DNA of 63,209 nt, the filler included, from Octopus bimaculoides (Eukaryota): assembly GCF_001194135.2 (NCBI RefSeq). It is 5 parts of 5 records of this genome, joined end to end, with 100 filler letters (N's around TTAATTAATTAA, not from the genome) between each part and the next. Parts side by side here need not be neighbours in the genome. Positions count along the whole stretch, not along the records: positions 35,583 to 55,025 come from NC_068986.1; positions 55,126 to 63,209 come from NC_068983.1; 3 more parts are not named here. One strand, given 5' to 3'. Shown one piece after another: positions 48,933 through 60,480 of the stretch. Below the pieces are notes generated by a model. That model ran no database searches, was not told where the DNA came from, and saw only the letters and a program-made list of their open reading frames with translations. The position numbers and the translations under genes are program-made. Position 1 is the first letter of the stretch; every line of letters begins with the position of its first letter.

Positions 48933-49279
48933 CAAAAATACCTTGTTGTCGATGTTGAAATTCCAATGAAGGTGCCTTGGGATCTAGGTTAGAAACCCGC
49001 TCTTTTTCTATTGGCAAGAAATCTTGAAATAAAACATACATACAGAAGTTTATCATTTATGTGTGTGTGTGTGTGTATATATATATGCTCATGTCTAGAC
49101 ATGAGAATACATACATACAACAAAACATAAATCTGAACATGCAAGGACTCCAAATACTACACATATGAATACATACTTGCAAAAATACCCTGTTGTTAAT
49201 GTTGAAATTCCAATGAAGGAGCCTTGGATCGAGGTTAGAAACCGGCTCTTTCTCTGTTGGCAAGAAATCTTGAAATAAA
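48933..49279 (+). repeat. Two diverged direct copies of a unit of about 100 bp (48933-49033 and 49180-49279)
   Basis: CAAAAATACC.TGTTGT..ATGTTGAAATTCCAATGAAGG.GCCTTGG...GGTTAGAAACC.GCTCTTT.TCT.TTGGCAAGAAATCTTGAAATAAA. Confidence 0.85.
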
Positions 49280-49665
49280 CCTGTATAATGACGTACGTAC
49301 ACTCACTCACTCCTATCGTCTGTTCTGTAACAGGAATGTACACGTCCTGCTTTTGCCTTTTGTTTTTTTTTTGTTTTTTGTTGTTTTTTTTTTAAAAAGA
49401 GAACATAGCTCTTTCCATTTAAGTTGGAGGATTAAAGATGTTGTTCCCGTTCATAGCAGGACCGTTCCAGTTTAATTCGAGTATCCAGGCCGTGACGATG
49501 CTGTTACCTTTCGGAGCAAGACCGCTCCATTTTAGTTTAGAGGAAAACAGATAATTTTTATAAAAAGGCAACTAGCAAAAGAGTGGTTATTCATTCATCA
49601 ATCTCTTCAGCTGCTTTAACTACTCTCCTCTCTCTCTCTCTCTCTAATCACACACACATACACAC

Positions 49666-49701
<36 letters not shown>

Positions 49702-49724
49702 GTTTGTGTGTGTGTGTATCTGTA

Positions 49725-49995
49725 TCTTTGTGTTTATGTTTGTCCCCACAACCGTTTGAGAACCGGTATTAATTTCTTTACGTCCCCATAAAATAGCGTT
49801 CAGCAAAATATACTGATAGAATTAGTACCACGGTGGAAAAGAAAGTAAGTACTGGCATCGATTTGTTCGACTAAGCTTGATACTTATTCTATCGGTCTTT
49901 TATACCGAAGAGATAAGTTACAAGAATGTAAACATACGAACACCGGTTGTCATGCTATGGAGCTAAACCCAGAATCATGTGATTAGGAAGCCACG
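49725..49995. mobile_element. Abutting inverted pair of SINE family C tails
   Basis: Plus copy to ATTTGTTCGACTAAG (49876), then TACTTATTCTATCGGTCTTTT...AACACCGGTTGTCA in the reverse orientation. Confidence 0.65.
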
Positions 49996-50300
49996 CCTTC
50001 GCCTATAAAGTGAGTGTGTGTGTGTGTGTGTATGTATGTGTGTGTGTGTGTGTATGCGTGTGTATGTGTATGTGTGTACATATATATATATGCGTGTGTG
50101 TATGGGTATATGTATGTATATATGTGCGTGTGTATATCTATATATATATATATATACCTGTGTGTATGTTTATATACTCATATACAGGCGTATGTATAGT
50201 ATATGCATGTGTGCATATATACACACGCACACACACACATAATAGTATTATTACGCGAATCTCTCTAAACAGCGTTCAGTAACTCTCACACATTATTCTG

Positions 50301-50335
<35 letters not shown>

Positions 50336-50336
50336 C

Positions 50337-50379
<43 letters not shown>

Positions 50380-50562
50380 TCTCTCCATAAATTAATAGGC
50401 AATATTAAAACCAAAACGTAATTATAAGTTTAAACAAAAAAAAAACATATTAGAATAAACGTGAGAAAACTCGGAGTGTAACCTTGTCTGAATATTAATG
50501 AATCCATGGAGTTGCATTATGACAAATTAAGAGAGTGGTTAATATGCAGTTTAGTCTCTTAA

Positions 50563-51464
50563 AAGTGAAACTAAATTGCGCCGGAAGTGACGTCGGTGAA
50601 ATCTCATAATTTCATTAACAGAACTGGTGAAAAACCATTATTTCATTAACAGATGTCTCTGATCATGCCACGTCCACAGGCAGACACATAGCTGTACTGT
50701 ATCTTTGAGAGATATTTTTAGCATTTCTGAAATAGCAGGTTACGTATACTACTTAAGTCCTTCATTCCGATTACTCTGTCAAAAGCAATACTAATTTATT
50801 CACATTGTTTTGAATTAACCATGCATCATCATCTTGTAGTTTCGAGATTTTGATGGTATGATTGTCTATTTTTAGTATGATATTGTAGGTCAGGTATGAT
50901 AGGCTGGATCTAGATGGGTTGAGCAAGAATGAAAACAGGCAAAATATTTGGGCCAGATATAGCCAAGTTTAAATAATGAGTTAATGTATTATATAATACC
51001 TCGTAACGATACCATCAAAAAGATATACAGATGTGACAGATCCCCTAATCCTGTTCGACTAGTGAGTTGTGCGCAAAAAATTGATGGGAAGTGGTGGCGT
51101 TTTGCATGTGGATTCAGTCGTAATAAAGCGCTCTCTCTCTTTCTCTCTCTCTCTCTTTCTCTCTCTCTCTTTCTTTCTCTCTCTTTCTTTCTCTCTCTTT
51201 CTTTCTCTCTTTTTCTTTCTCTTTCTTTCTGTTTTTCTTTCTCTTTTTCTTTTTCTTTTTATTTCTCTTCTTTCTCCCTTTTCTTTCTTTTTCTCGTGCC
51301 CTTTCTCTTTTCTCTCACTCACTCTCTCTCTTTCTCAACCCATTTAACTTATCTTGCCCTAATGTAGTACTTTCTATACATTATTTCATGTTATGTTGTA
51401 TAGAATATGTTAAATATAACGAAATTGTAGGATTTCATCGTCATCACTTCCGGCGCAACTTTTA

Positions 51465-51496
<32 letters not shown>
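50563..51496. mobile_element. Candidate TIR element bounded by TTAA (Kolobok-like)
   Basis: TTAA AAGTGAAACTAAATTGCGCCGGAAGTGACGTCGGTGAAATC versus GATTTCATCGTCATCACTTCCGGCGCAACTTTACCT(T)n TTAA; may instead be two inverted copies of a short repeat. Confidence 0.4.
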
Positions 51497-51502
<6 letters not shown>

Positions 51503-52756
51503 GAGCGACTATTAAGCGAGAGATTATGTTATTTATTTGGACAACTATCAATCAATTTGTAATAACTCTATAATTATTGAGGACTGCATCTTAGCAGAAT
51601 AGTTTGAAATGGCCGTTTACATATATCTTACTATACTGTCTACTTCCGACCTTCGACATCTTGAGTTCAAATCTTGCCTTCTCTACTTTTTCTGTTTTTG
51701 CTGCTTTGCTTCGTGTTCCTGCTTGATAGGGTTGGGAGTCATCCAGGTCAGTTGTCCCGAAGACGTCATCATGCGTAGAGCCAACCTAGTCCACTAATGC
51801 TCTTCGTCGATAGTGCTCCCGAGCCTGTCTCTCAGCATCATCCAAGGCGACATCGAGCCTATTCCCCAATCACGTCCCGCAATCGGATTCAATGAAATGA
51901 ATATCGGCTGTTTATAGGGTTAATCAAATTTTCAACAAATCTGAGGCTCTTTGTTGGCGGGTCTGTAACATTTTCACTTTTAAATCTCAGTCAAATCTAT
52001 TTCCTGTCCTTTGCTGAAAACTGTTAATTTTGTGAAGATAGTCGTAAAGATCATTCTACCCCGTCTCATACGGGGTAGAAGGATCTTTACGACACCCTTA
52101 ATAGTTGTGGTTTTTTATATCTCTTAAGTAAAGAAATTCTTTATTATATTTCATGGTAGCGACCATGTTGCAATTCATGTTTCCTTTTTATGCTTGTCTT
52201 TGAAAGGTATAGAAAGGCTTCGGTATGTCGAGAACAAAGCAGATTCTGACATCCAAACTGCTCAGATGTTACACGTGTAAAAACATATTGGTACTGTGTG
52301 CCTCCGCCTGCACCAACACACGAGGTGTAGGGCCTATAAGAAAGATGGCTCATTTAGAACACCGGTCGTGGGTTTGGGACAGTCAAGGAGAAGCATATGA
52401 GTATGTTACAGAATCCTCCCTACAGAGAAAAGAAAAATAATTCACAACCTCCTTGTCAGGACTCTAGCAGAGTGTATAAGGATCTAGTTACACTCTATCC
52501 TGCGACAATTTGGGAGGCCCTTATTGGGTGATCCTGGAATTTGTTCGCTAGAGGGCTGCCTTAAAATTAGACAACAATGATAAGCTCATGGAGGAAGAAC
52601 CTCGATCCAATAGCTTGACCTGCTGAGAGAAGCAGCCATATCTTCCTCAAGTCACATCTCACTAAAGCATGAGTCTAGTTGCTAGGCCTGCTAGAAATAG
52701 CAGTCAAATTTTTCTTAAACCTCACCTCACTACATTTAAAAGACTAACGGATAAGG

Positions 52757-52813
52757 CAGCGGTTTCCAACCTGGGGTCCGGGTACTAAATTCAAAATTTT
52801 ACATATAATATCA

Positions 52814-52864
<51 letters not shown>

Positions 52865-52938
52865 ATGGGGGGGGGGCGTTCGAAAACTCATTTAAATAAA
52901 AGGTTTGGGAACCACTGTGGAAAGGTTGCGAACCACTG
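52757..52938. mobile_element. hAT-type MITE
   Basis: TIRs CAGCGGTTTCCAACC and GGTTGCGAACCACTG; 8-bp TSD GGATAAGG / GGATATGG (7 of 8 match); internal (TA)n expansion and a duplicated right end. Confidence 0.8.
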
Positions 52939-53314
52939 GGATATGGTAATACAAATTACACTCTCTAAAAAAAAACAGGTATCATGTTCGTAGACATAAA
53001 CTCACTCCAGAATCTTGAAACCTACGGATAAAAGCTTATATTTTCTCTCACTCTTTGAAGAAAGAAAGATATCTGAAACATCATATTCGTTCTTTCTCCC
53101 CCAAGTAAAACATGTTTTCTGTTGTTTGAATTATTCGTATGAATATTTGATGACGGAGAACATCCTCAGTATCTTCTGTTCTTGTAAATAGACATTATCA
53201 ATCCATCCTCCTTAAACTCGCCATGTGCCTGTCATTAACAACAACAATAATAATAATAATAATAATAATAATAGTAGTAATGATAATGATAATAATAATA
53301 ATAATAATTCTTTC

Positions 53315-54445
53315 TAATTCTGGCACAACGCCAACAGTTTTAATGGGAAGGGTAGTCGATTAACTCGACCCTAGTGTTCAACTAGTATATATTTTATCGA
53401 CCCCGAAAGGATGAAAGGTAAAGTCGGCCTTAGCGGAATTTAATTCTGTCAGATCACCGCTTTAATAATAATAATAATTTCTTTAATACAAGGGTTGTCA
53501 AAAAAAAAAAAAAAGAACGAGGATAATGTAGGGCGATACAGTGTGGGAATAGTGTTTAAAAAAAAAAGAAATAACAAAAGCCAAATATCAAACAAAAAAA
53601 ATTCCCTAATCGTAGGAAGATCTGAGAACGCTTATTCGGGGAATTACCACAATGCCACGATCAAGTGATCTCAGCTAGTTGGGTTTTTTTTAATCTATAG
53701 GCGCTTGTTTAGAACGAGTCCGTCCACTCGCTCTCAACTTTCCAGCATGTGCTGGAAGGTAGAACTTCTCTATTCACCCTCATTTTTCATTTTTAAGCGA
53801 AACTTGAAAGTGTTGAGAGCTTCCAATCTCGTCTGCCACTGAAGGATGAAAGGCAAAGTCGACTTGAGCGGAACGTAAAGACGGACGAAATGCCGATAAG
53901 CATTTTTGCCCGGTGTAAGTCCACCTGTAGTCTTCAGAGATTCTGCCAGCTCGCCGCCTTAATGATAATAATCCTCTCTACTAAAGGCACAATGCTTGAA
54001 ATGTTGGGGAAGGGGACAAATCAACCCCAGTGTACAAGCCAGCAAGTTCGGTGTGGAGAGATAAGTCGATTACATCGACCCAAGTGTTCGGCTGGTACTT
54101 AATGTATCAACCTCGAAAGGATGAAAGGCAAAGTCGACTCCGGCGGAATTTGTACTCGGGACGTAGCGACGGGCGAAATACCGCTAAACACTTTGTCCGC
54201 TGTGCTAACGATTCAGCCAGCTCGCCGCCATAATCTTTTCTATTATAACCTGAATGCCTGAAATTTTGGGGGGATGGGGAAAGCCGATCACATCGACCCA
54301 AGTACTTGACTGGTACTTAATGTATCAACCTCGAAAGGATGAAAGGCAAAGTCGACTCCGGCGGAATTTGAATTCAGAACGTAGCGATGTGTGAAATAAC
54401 GCTAAGCATTTCGTCCAGTGAGCTAACGATTCTGCCAGCGCTCTG
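53315..54445 (-). mobile_element. Cluster of four co-oriented SINE family A copies (about 53315-53445, 53840-53960, 53985-54230, 54250-54445)
   Basis: Repeated GAAAGGATGAAAGGCAAAGTCGAC...TAACGATTC.GCCAGC; CpGs largely retained. Confidence 0.9.
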
Positions 54446-54903
54446 CCTTTGTAATAACAACAACAATAACACAGTCTTACAAAGGTTAGTTGACGATTAT
54501 ATATGTGCATCGTGTTTACATTCATCGCTCCTCTCAAACATAAATCCAATTATTGTTTGTGACTCCACATACAATTGTTTCACAATATATACGAGAGTGG
54601 GAGTGAAGAGACGAGCGAGCAAGTACCAATGATGGTGGAGTGGAGGAAGGTGACGTATGAAATATTAGATGCTGTCGTTAACAGTAATCCTATGCCATAG
54701 AATAATCTTAGTGGTTATAATCCAGAGAGAGACAAGTGACGAACGAATGGGAGAAAGAGAGAGGGGGAGGAGGAGGACATTAGTCACAAAGGGGGTGTAG
54801 GCGTTGCTGATGTGTATGTGTGTGTGTCTGCCGAGAGAATGTGAGGGTAAAAATATACGGACACAGGGGTGTAAGCGTGTGTGTCGTCGCTTTTATTTGT
54901 GTG

Positions 54904-54939
<36 letters not shown>

Positions 54940-55125
54940 AACACACAAATATAGATATACACATACTTATACACACGTATACTTTGTATTTCGCTTAGGC
55001 ATAACGATATTGATGCCAGAGACAGNNNNNNNNNNNNNNNNNNNNNNNNNNNNNNNNNNNNNNNNNNNNTTAATTAATTAANNNNNNNNNNNNNNNNNNN
55101 NNNNNNNNNNNNNNNNNNNNNNNNN

Positions 55126-55158
<33 letters not shown>

Positions 55159-55896
55159 TGCTATGTATGTCTAGTTGCTTACATTGTTTCACACATCTTT
55201 AAAGAGAAGCCATTCTCTGAAAAGGGACCCAAGACCAAAGAGCTGTGTTCACTTTCAAGTGTGCTAGAATATGATAAGAATCAATGATGCACATATCAAT
55301 ATTTTGATTCTTACAATTTTACATGTGTGCAGTAATTTAATTTTAGCTTGACAACCCACTATCTGAATCAGTAAATGTCTTAATTGTTGACTTCTGTAGA
55401 CAGAAGCAGCTGTTTCTGTATAGCTCCAAACAACAAAACATTGATGTCAAGTCAGCCCACTTATGTTCCTTGGAAATAGTGTGTTGTTTAGACTTGTTGT
55501 CTATAAATGGAAATCGTTCTTTGATATGGTTCTCGATTGTGGAAAGCTAAGTTCACATTCAAATGTGCAGGAAAAGGGTGAAGTGCTCTTTGAGATGTGC
55601 ATATTTATTTATTTCACCATAAAAAATAATCAACTAGCATCATCATGCAAGATGATTCTTTTTTTAAATCTCCACTCATCTCTTCATAAATATCACCCAT
55701 AAATTTGATGATGATGATGATAATTTTTTTTTTCATTGTTATTATTGCAGAATTGTAATCCCCTATGTTTTAAACATTTACTTGCAGAAAATAGTTCATA
55801 AGAAATTTGTAAATCTGTGGTATTGAGCAGAATATTTGCTGTAGCCCATCTTTTATACCAAGACAAAACAATATTGATGCTCCCCTACTACTTCTG

Positions 55897-55967
<71 letters not shown>

Positions 55968-56459
55968 CATCATCATCATTATCATCCTCATCATCATCAT
56001 CATCATTAATAATATTAATATGCCAACTTTCTGTTTTTGTACGTATGTACCTTTGGTGTATGTCACACTTATATGAAAGGAAGAGGTGAAAAGGGTGAAT
56101 GGAGAGGTATAAAGAAAAAGAGAAATAACAGGTATTAAGCAGAGGAGGTATAGGTGAAGTGACTGGCAAAGTGTTGAAGCGTGATGCATACACTGAAACA
56201 AAAGTAGATGCATAGATCAAAAGAAAAGTAGATACATAGATTGAAAGAAAAGTAGATACATAGATACATATCCAGCTGTTAAATTAAAAGTGGGAGAGAG
56301 GAAGGACAGAGAGGAAGGACAGAGAGGAAGTGAGAGAGACAGTACATAAATTGAAAGAAAAGTTGATACATAGATACATAGCTAAATCAAAGACAAATAA
56401 CTACAGCAAATATTGGATGTCTCTTCCACTTATCATTACCACACTAGGATAAAATTAAC

Positions 56460-57225
56460 TCCCCAGTGGCTGAATACCCCACAGACATGCATACCATTAA
56501 CGTAGTTCTCAGGAAAATTCAGCCTCACACAGAATATGACAAGGCTGGCCCCTTTCAATTACAGTTACTGCTCATTTTGGCCAGCTGAGTGGACTGGAGC
56601 AAGATAATCCTTCAAGTGGTTGGAGGCAGGAAAATCTTTTTAGTCATTAGGATCACTGTGCGTGTTAATCTGGCCCTAATAGCAGCATTTGTGGGCCTTA
56701 CAGATCTGGAGGCCAAGCCCCCAGATAAACACTGATGTGCAGGCTGTCGTTATCAAACTGAGTGTGAGTCCAGGGCAAAGTCACTACATGATGGAATAGT
56801 AATTATTTCGTCTTAGCTGTCACTGCTTATACTAAACATATAACACTTTCACCTTGCAATACGGAACATTTCCTTTCCTTCACTCATTTTAAAATATGGC
56901 ACTCTGTCAGTTACGACAAGGTTCCTGTTTATTTGATAAACAGAACAGTCTGCTCTTAAAATTAATGTGCAAGTGGCTGAATACTCCACAGACATATATA
57001 CCATAATGTAGTTTTCGGGGAGATTCAGCCTCTCACAGAATGTGACAGGGCTGGCCCTTTTGAATTACAGCTACAACTCATTTTGAATGGACTGAGCTGA
57101 GTGGACTGCAGCAAGGGGAAGTACAGTACCCTGCTCAAAAACACAATGCACTGTCAGGAATAATACTCTTGACTGTATGATCATGGGCTGAATACCCCTA
57201 ACTACTGAGCCACGGACTTTTAACT
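56460..57225 (-). mobile_element. Two SINE family B copies (56460-56605 partial; 56905-57225), CpG-depleted
   Basis: GTGGCTGAATAC.CCACAGACAT...GTAGTT.TC.GG.A.ATTCAGCCTC.CACAGAAT.TGACA.GGCTGGCCC matches 24015-24110. Confidence 0.8.
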
Positions 57226-57587
57226 GTCTCTAATTCTTTCAGGTGTTTACGTTTTCATTCTGGAAGTTCTAACATGATCGACTGTTGGTTCTCTCTTCTT
57301 TCCTCTACCCTGGTACTTATTTGCCTTCTTTTCATAGTCCTTCATGTCTTTTAGTTGGGGAGAAGGACTATGTTTTTTTCTCTCAGGCACATTGAAAGTT
57401 TCCTCTACAAACTACAAACAAGTCCCCACCACCTTCCATTTTTTCCATACAAAAATTAATGTAAATTTTGAACAGGTTATAGCTGTGAAAAGGGCCCAGA
57501 AAAATGGATAATACCCCCTACAAAATGGGTGGAGAAGAAAAGTTGTCAACAGGTCGCTACACAAAATTCAATTCTATATTTTAAAAA

Positions 57588-57671
57588 GTGTCTTCTACTG
57601 TAGCCTCAGGCCAACCAAAACGTTATGAGTGGATTTCATTGACGGAAACTGAAAGAAGCCCGTCATGTATT

Positions 57672-57736
<65 letters not shown>

Positions 57737-57910
57737 GTATGCTTATGTTTTTATGTATATTTGTGTCCCCATAACTTAGCTGTTCGGCAGAAAAGTATGA
57801 TAGAATAAGTACCGGGCTTACAGGAAATAAGTCTAGAGATTGATTTCTTCAACTAAAAGGCAGTGCTCCAGCATGGCCACTGTCAAATGACTGAAACAAG
57901 AAGAATAAAA
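57588..57910 (+). mobile_element. SINE family C, CpG-depleted, with central microsatellite
   Basis: GTGTCTTCTACTGTAGCCTCAGGCCAACC...GAAACTGAAAGAAGCCCGTC...GCTCCAGCATGGCCACTGTCAAATGACTGAAACAAG. Confidence 0.85.
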
Positions 57911-58149
57911 GAATACCAGAAGAACGTTCGATGCCACTAAACGAATAAGATTCTTTGAATATGTACAATGTTTTTTAAGGCTAAATAATAATTCTGTCTA
58001 TGTTTGCGTAACATATTTTCGTTGGATTATATAGTTATTAGTTTTACATTTCTTTCTATATTCTGTGAGTGTTAGTTACAGTATAGAAGCATTTCTCATG
58101 GCACCAGCACACAATTTACAGATGCTTACATTTTTTTATGTTTCCAGCT

Positions 58150-58482
58150 AGTTATTACCTCCGCTTGGTTGTTTGTCCATGGACAAGATATCTCAAAAAC
58201 TGCTGGATGGATTTGAATGAAACTTTTAGGTATGTTTGGCCTCGTAACTGGCATGAACTGCTTAGATTTTGGGATTGATCTGGTACCGGACAAGGATTCT
58301 GGATTATTTTTCCTGTTGTTTTAACTTAATTTTTGAGAGCAGTCAGATTCATCTTTAGTATTCTCATTTGTGAGATCAGTCGAGTTTATTTCAGATATTC
58401 TCATTCTAAAATTCATCTCTGGCTAATCATTGAGAGGACATTCATGTTGCTTTGACAGAGGTTTGCACTCTCTGAGTACCAT
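58150..58482 (+). mobile_element. Helentron-associated non-autonomous element (HINE/DINE-like)
   Basis: 5' TTATTACCTCCGC, core GGATGGATTTGAATGAAACTT...TTAGATTTTGGGATTGATC, subterminal repeat remnant TGACAGAGG and 3' hairpin GCACTC TCT GAGTAC; the layout matches HINE architecture as I recall it. Confidence 0.65.
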
Positions 58483-58576
58483 TGCATGGCATCTTGGACA
58501 AGTGTCTTCTACGATAGCCTCAGGCTGACCAAAGCCTTGTTAGTGGATTTGGTAGAATGAAACTGAAAGAAGGCTA

Positions 58577-58609
<33 letters not shown>

Positions 58610-58619
58610 NNNNNNNNNN

Positions 58620-58660
<41 letters not shown>

Positions 58661-58875
58661 CATGCACACATGTGTGTGTTTGTCCCAACATCACCACTTC
58701 ACAACCAATGCTCGTGTGTTTAGATGCCTGTAACTCAGTGGTTCAGCAAAATAGACCGATAGAATAAATATCAGGTTTAAAAAAATATTAGTACTGGGCT
58801 GATTCATTCAACTAAAATTCTTCGAGGTGGTGACCCAGCATGGCCATAGTCCAATGACTAAAATAAGTAAAAGAC
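58483..58875 (+). mobile_element. SINE family C, CpG-depleted, with central (GT)n
   Basis: TTGGACAAGTGTCTTCTACGATAGCC (CORE-like)...ACAACCAATGCTCGTGTGTTTA...CCAGCATGGCCATAGTCCAATGACTAAAA. Confidence 0.85.
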
Positions 58876-58999
58876 AAAGGTAAATGATGGATAACTCTTT
58901 CCATAGACAGATAAAAATAGATATTAAAATGTATTTATTTCTATCTATCTTAGCACTGTTTTACCATTATCTATTCAGAAGAACCAAATATTTTCTGCT

Positions 59000-59215
59000 G
59001 GAGGCACAAGGTCTCAAATTTTTGGGGAAGGGATTAAGTCAATCACATCTACCCCAGTATGTAACTGGTACTAATTTTATCGACCCCAAAAGGATGAAAG
59101 GCAAAATTGACCTCAGCAAAATTCGAACTCAAAGCCTAATGGCTGACGAAATGCCACTAAGCATTTCACCCAGTGTGCTAACGATTCTGCAAGCTCACTG
59201 CCTTTTCTGCCACCT
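59000..59215 (-). mobile_element. SINE family A, CpG-depleted
   Basis: AGGATGAAAGGCAAAATTGACCTCAGC...TAAGCATTTCACCCAGTGTGCTAACGATTCTGCAAGCTCACTGCC. Confidence 0.85.
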
Positions 59216-59258
59216 CGCCACCTTTCCTGCCAGCTTGCCACCTTTTCAAAAGAACCAT

Positions 59259-59466
59259 ATGACAACAGGTAAGTTCACCACCATCAATTCACCATGAAGT
59301 AAATTCACTTTGAGGGAAGTTCAACACGAGGAAAGTTTACCGAGAAAATATATCCGCAGTATCTCACCATTAATAGTTAAAAACTATTTTATTGAGGGGA
59401 AAAAAAAAAAACCCCTAAGTAATGGAGATTCTGCAGTGAAATGATGACAGTGAACTTACCAGTCAT
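59259..59466. mobile_element. Candidate short MITE with 8-bp TSD
   Basis: Imperfect TIRs ATGAC(AACA)GGTAAGTTCAC and GTGAACTTACCAGTCAT; flanks AGAACCAT / AGAACCAA. Confidence 0.45.
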
Positions 59467-60195
59467 AGAACCAAATAATATATGCATGTGTGGTGTGTTT
59501 GTTTTTCCTCTGTGTGCGTGTGTGTGTGTGTGTGTGTCTGTATGCATGCGTATATGTATTGTGCATGAATGCAAGTATGACTAAATGAGTAAAACATTTA
59601 CTTTGCAGTCACAAGGTCAAGGATTTAATGTCACTGTACAATGTATAGAGTAAGTATTTTCTATCATATCCTCAGGTTCTCTCAGTCATTATGAGTAAAA
59701 TTTGGTAAATGAAAACTGTGTGGAAGCCTCTCAGATAGGCTCTAGCTATGATTCAATGGGCCACTCTTGTCCCACACCATGTCCTACTGATTATGCCTGA
59801 TGGTTCCATTAAGGGTGCAAGTGTCTTGGGAATACTCTGCCATTCATACTCTAATTAAATGGCAAGAATATTTATTGTCAAAACTAACATGAAATCCATT
59901 TACTTTATATAACATTTGCTTTTTGGTTTAAGGATGAATCAAAAATTGTTTTGTTTTTTTTTGCCATCTACTTTATAAACATTGCATCTCTGAGAAGATA
60001 ATTTGTAAGTTTAGACATTTCTGACATTTTATTTTTTATTTTTCATTTTGAAGCAGCTCTCTACTTTTTCTTTTTGACATACATTTTACCATGTTAGCAT
60101 CTCCACTTTCCTGACATTAAGTTGATGAAACAGAAATCTTCCTTTGAAAAGAGTGTGAATATATCTTATATTTCTAGAGAAAACTAATATATATT

Positions 60196-60480
60196 TATAA
60201 CCACTGCACTTCATTTAAGTTTAGAAGAAAATGTAATTCTATGAATCTTAGTAAATGCATTTGGGATTTGAAAGACAGGAACGTTAACTATGATATAAAG
60301 TGGTCCATTATTAGTAATGCTTCATCATACAACACTGATAATTTTAAATGTGATCTTTGCCTGGAGGAAATGTATTATATAATTACTTCAAAATTAAAAT
60401 TATTAAATAGTAGAACCAGTCTTATTCTGAAATATATCCAAAAATATAGAAAAGCATTTAAATATTTTAATAGTAAATAA
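60196..60480 (+). pseudogene. C-terminal part of a Penelope-like GIY-YIG endonuclease (different lineage from 12.7 kb)
   Basis: YNHCTSFKFRRKCNSMNLSKCIWDLKDRNVNYDIKWSIISNASSYNTDNFKCDLCLEEMYYIITSKLKLLNSRTSLI fits the NH..SF....N.T.LSK.IW.LK......I.W.I...A..Y.....C.LCL.EK..I....LLN.R pattern. Confidence 0.8.

Noticed and set aside
52144-52440. Short ORFs on both strands, one faintly FN3-like (GTQYQYVF)
   Set aside because: The similarity is too weak, with no conserved W/Y spacing and no splice support.
7559-55081. TTAATTAATTAA islands flanked by N runs at 7559, 30961, 35527 and 55070
   Set aside because: An identical 12-mer centred in equal-sized gaps is an assembly placeholder or linker, not biology.
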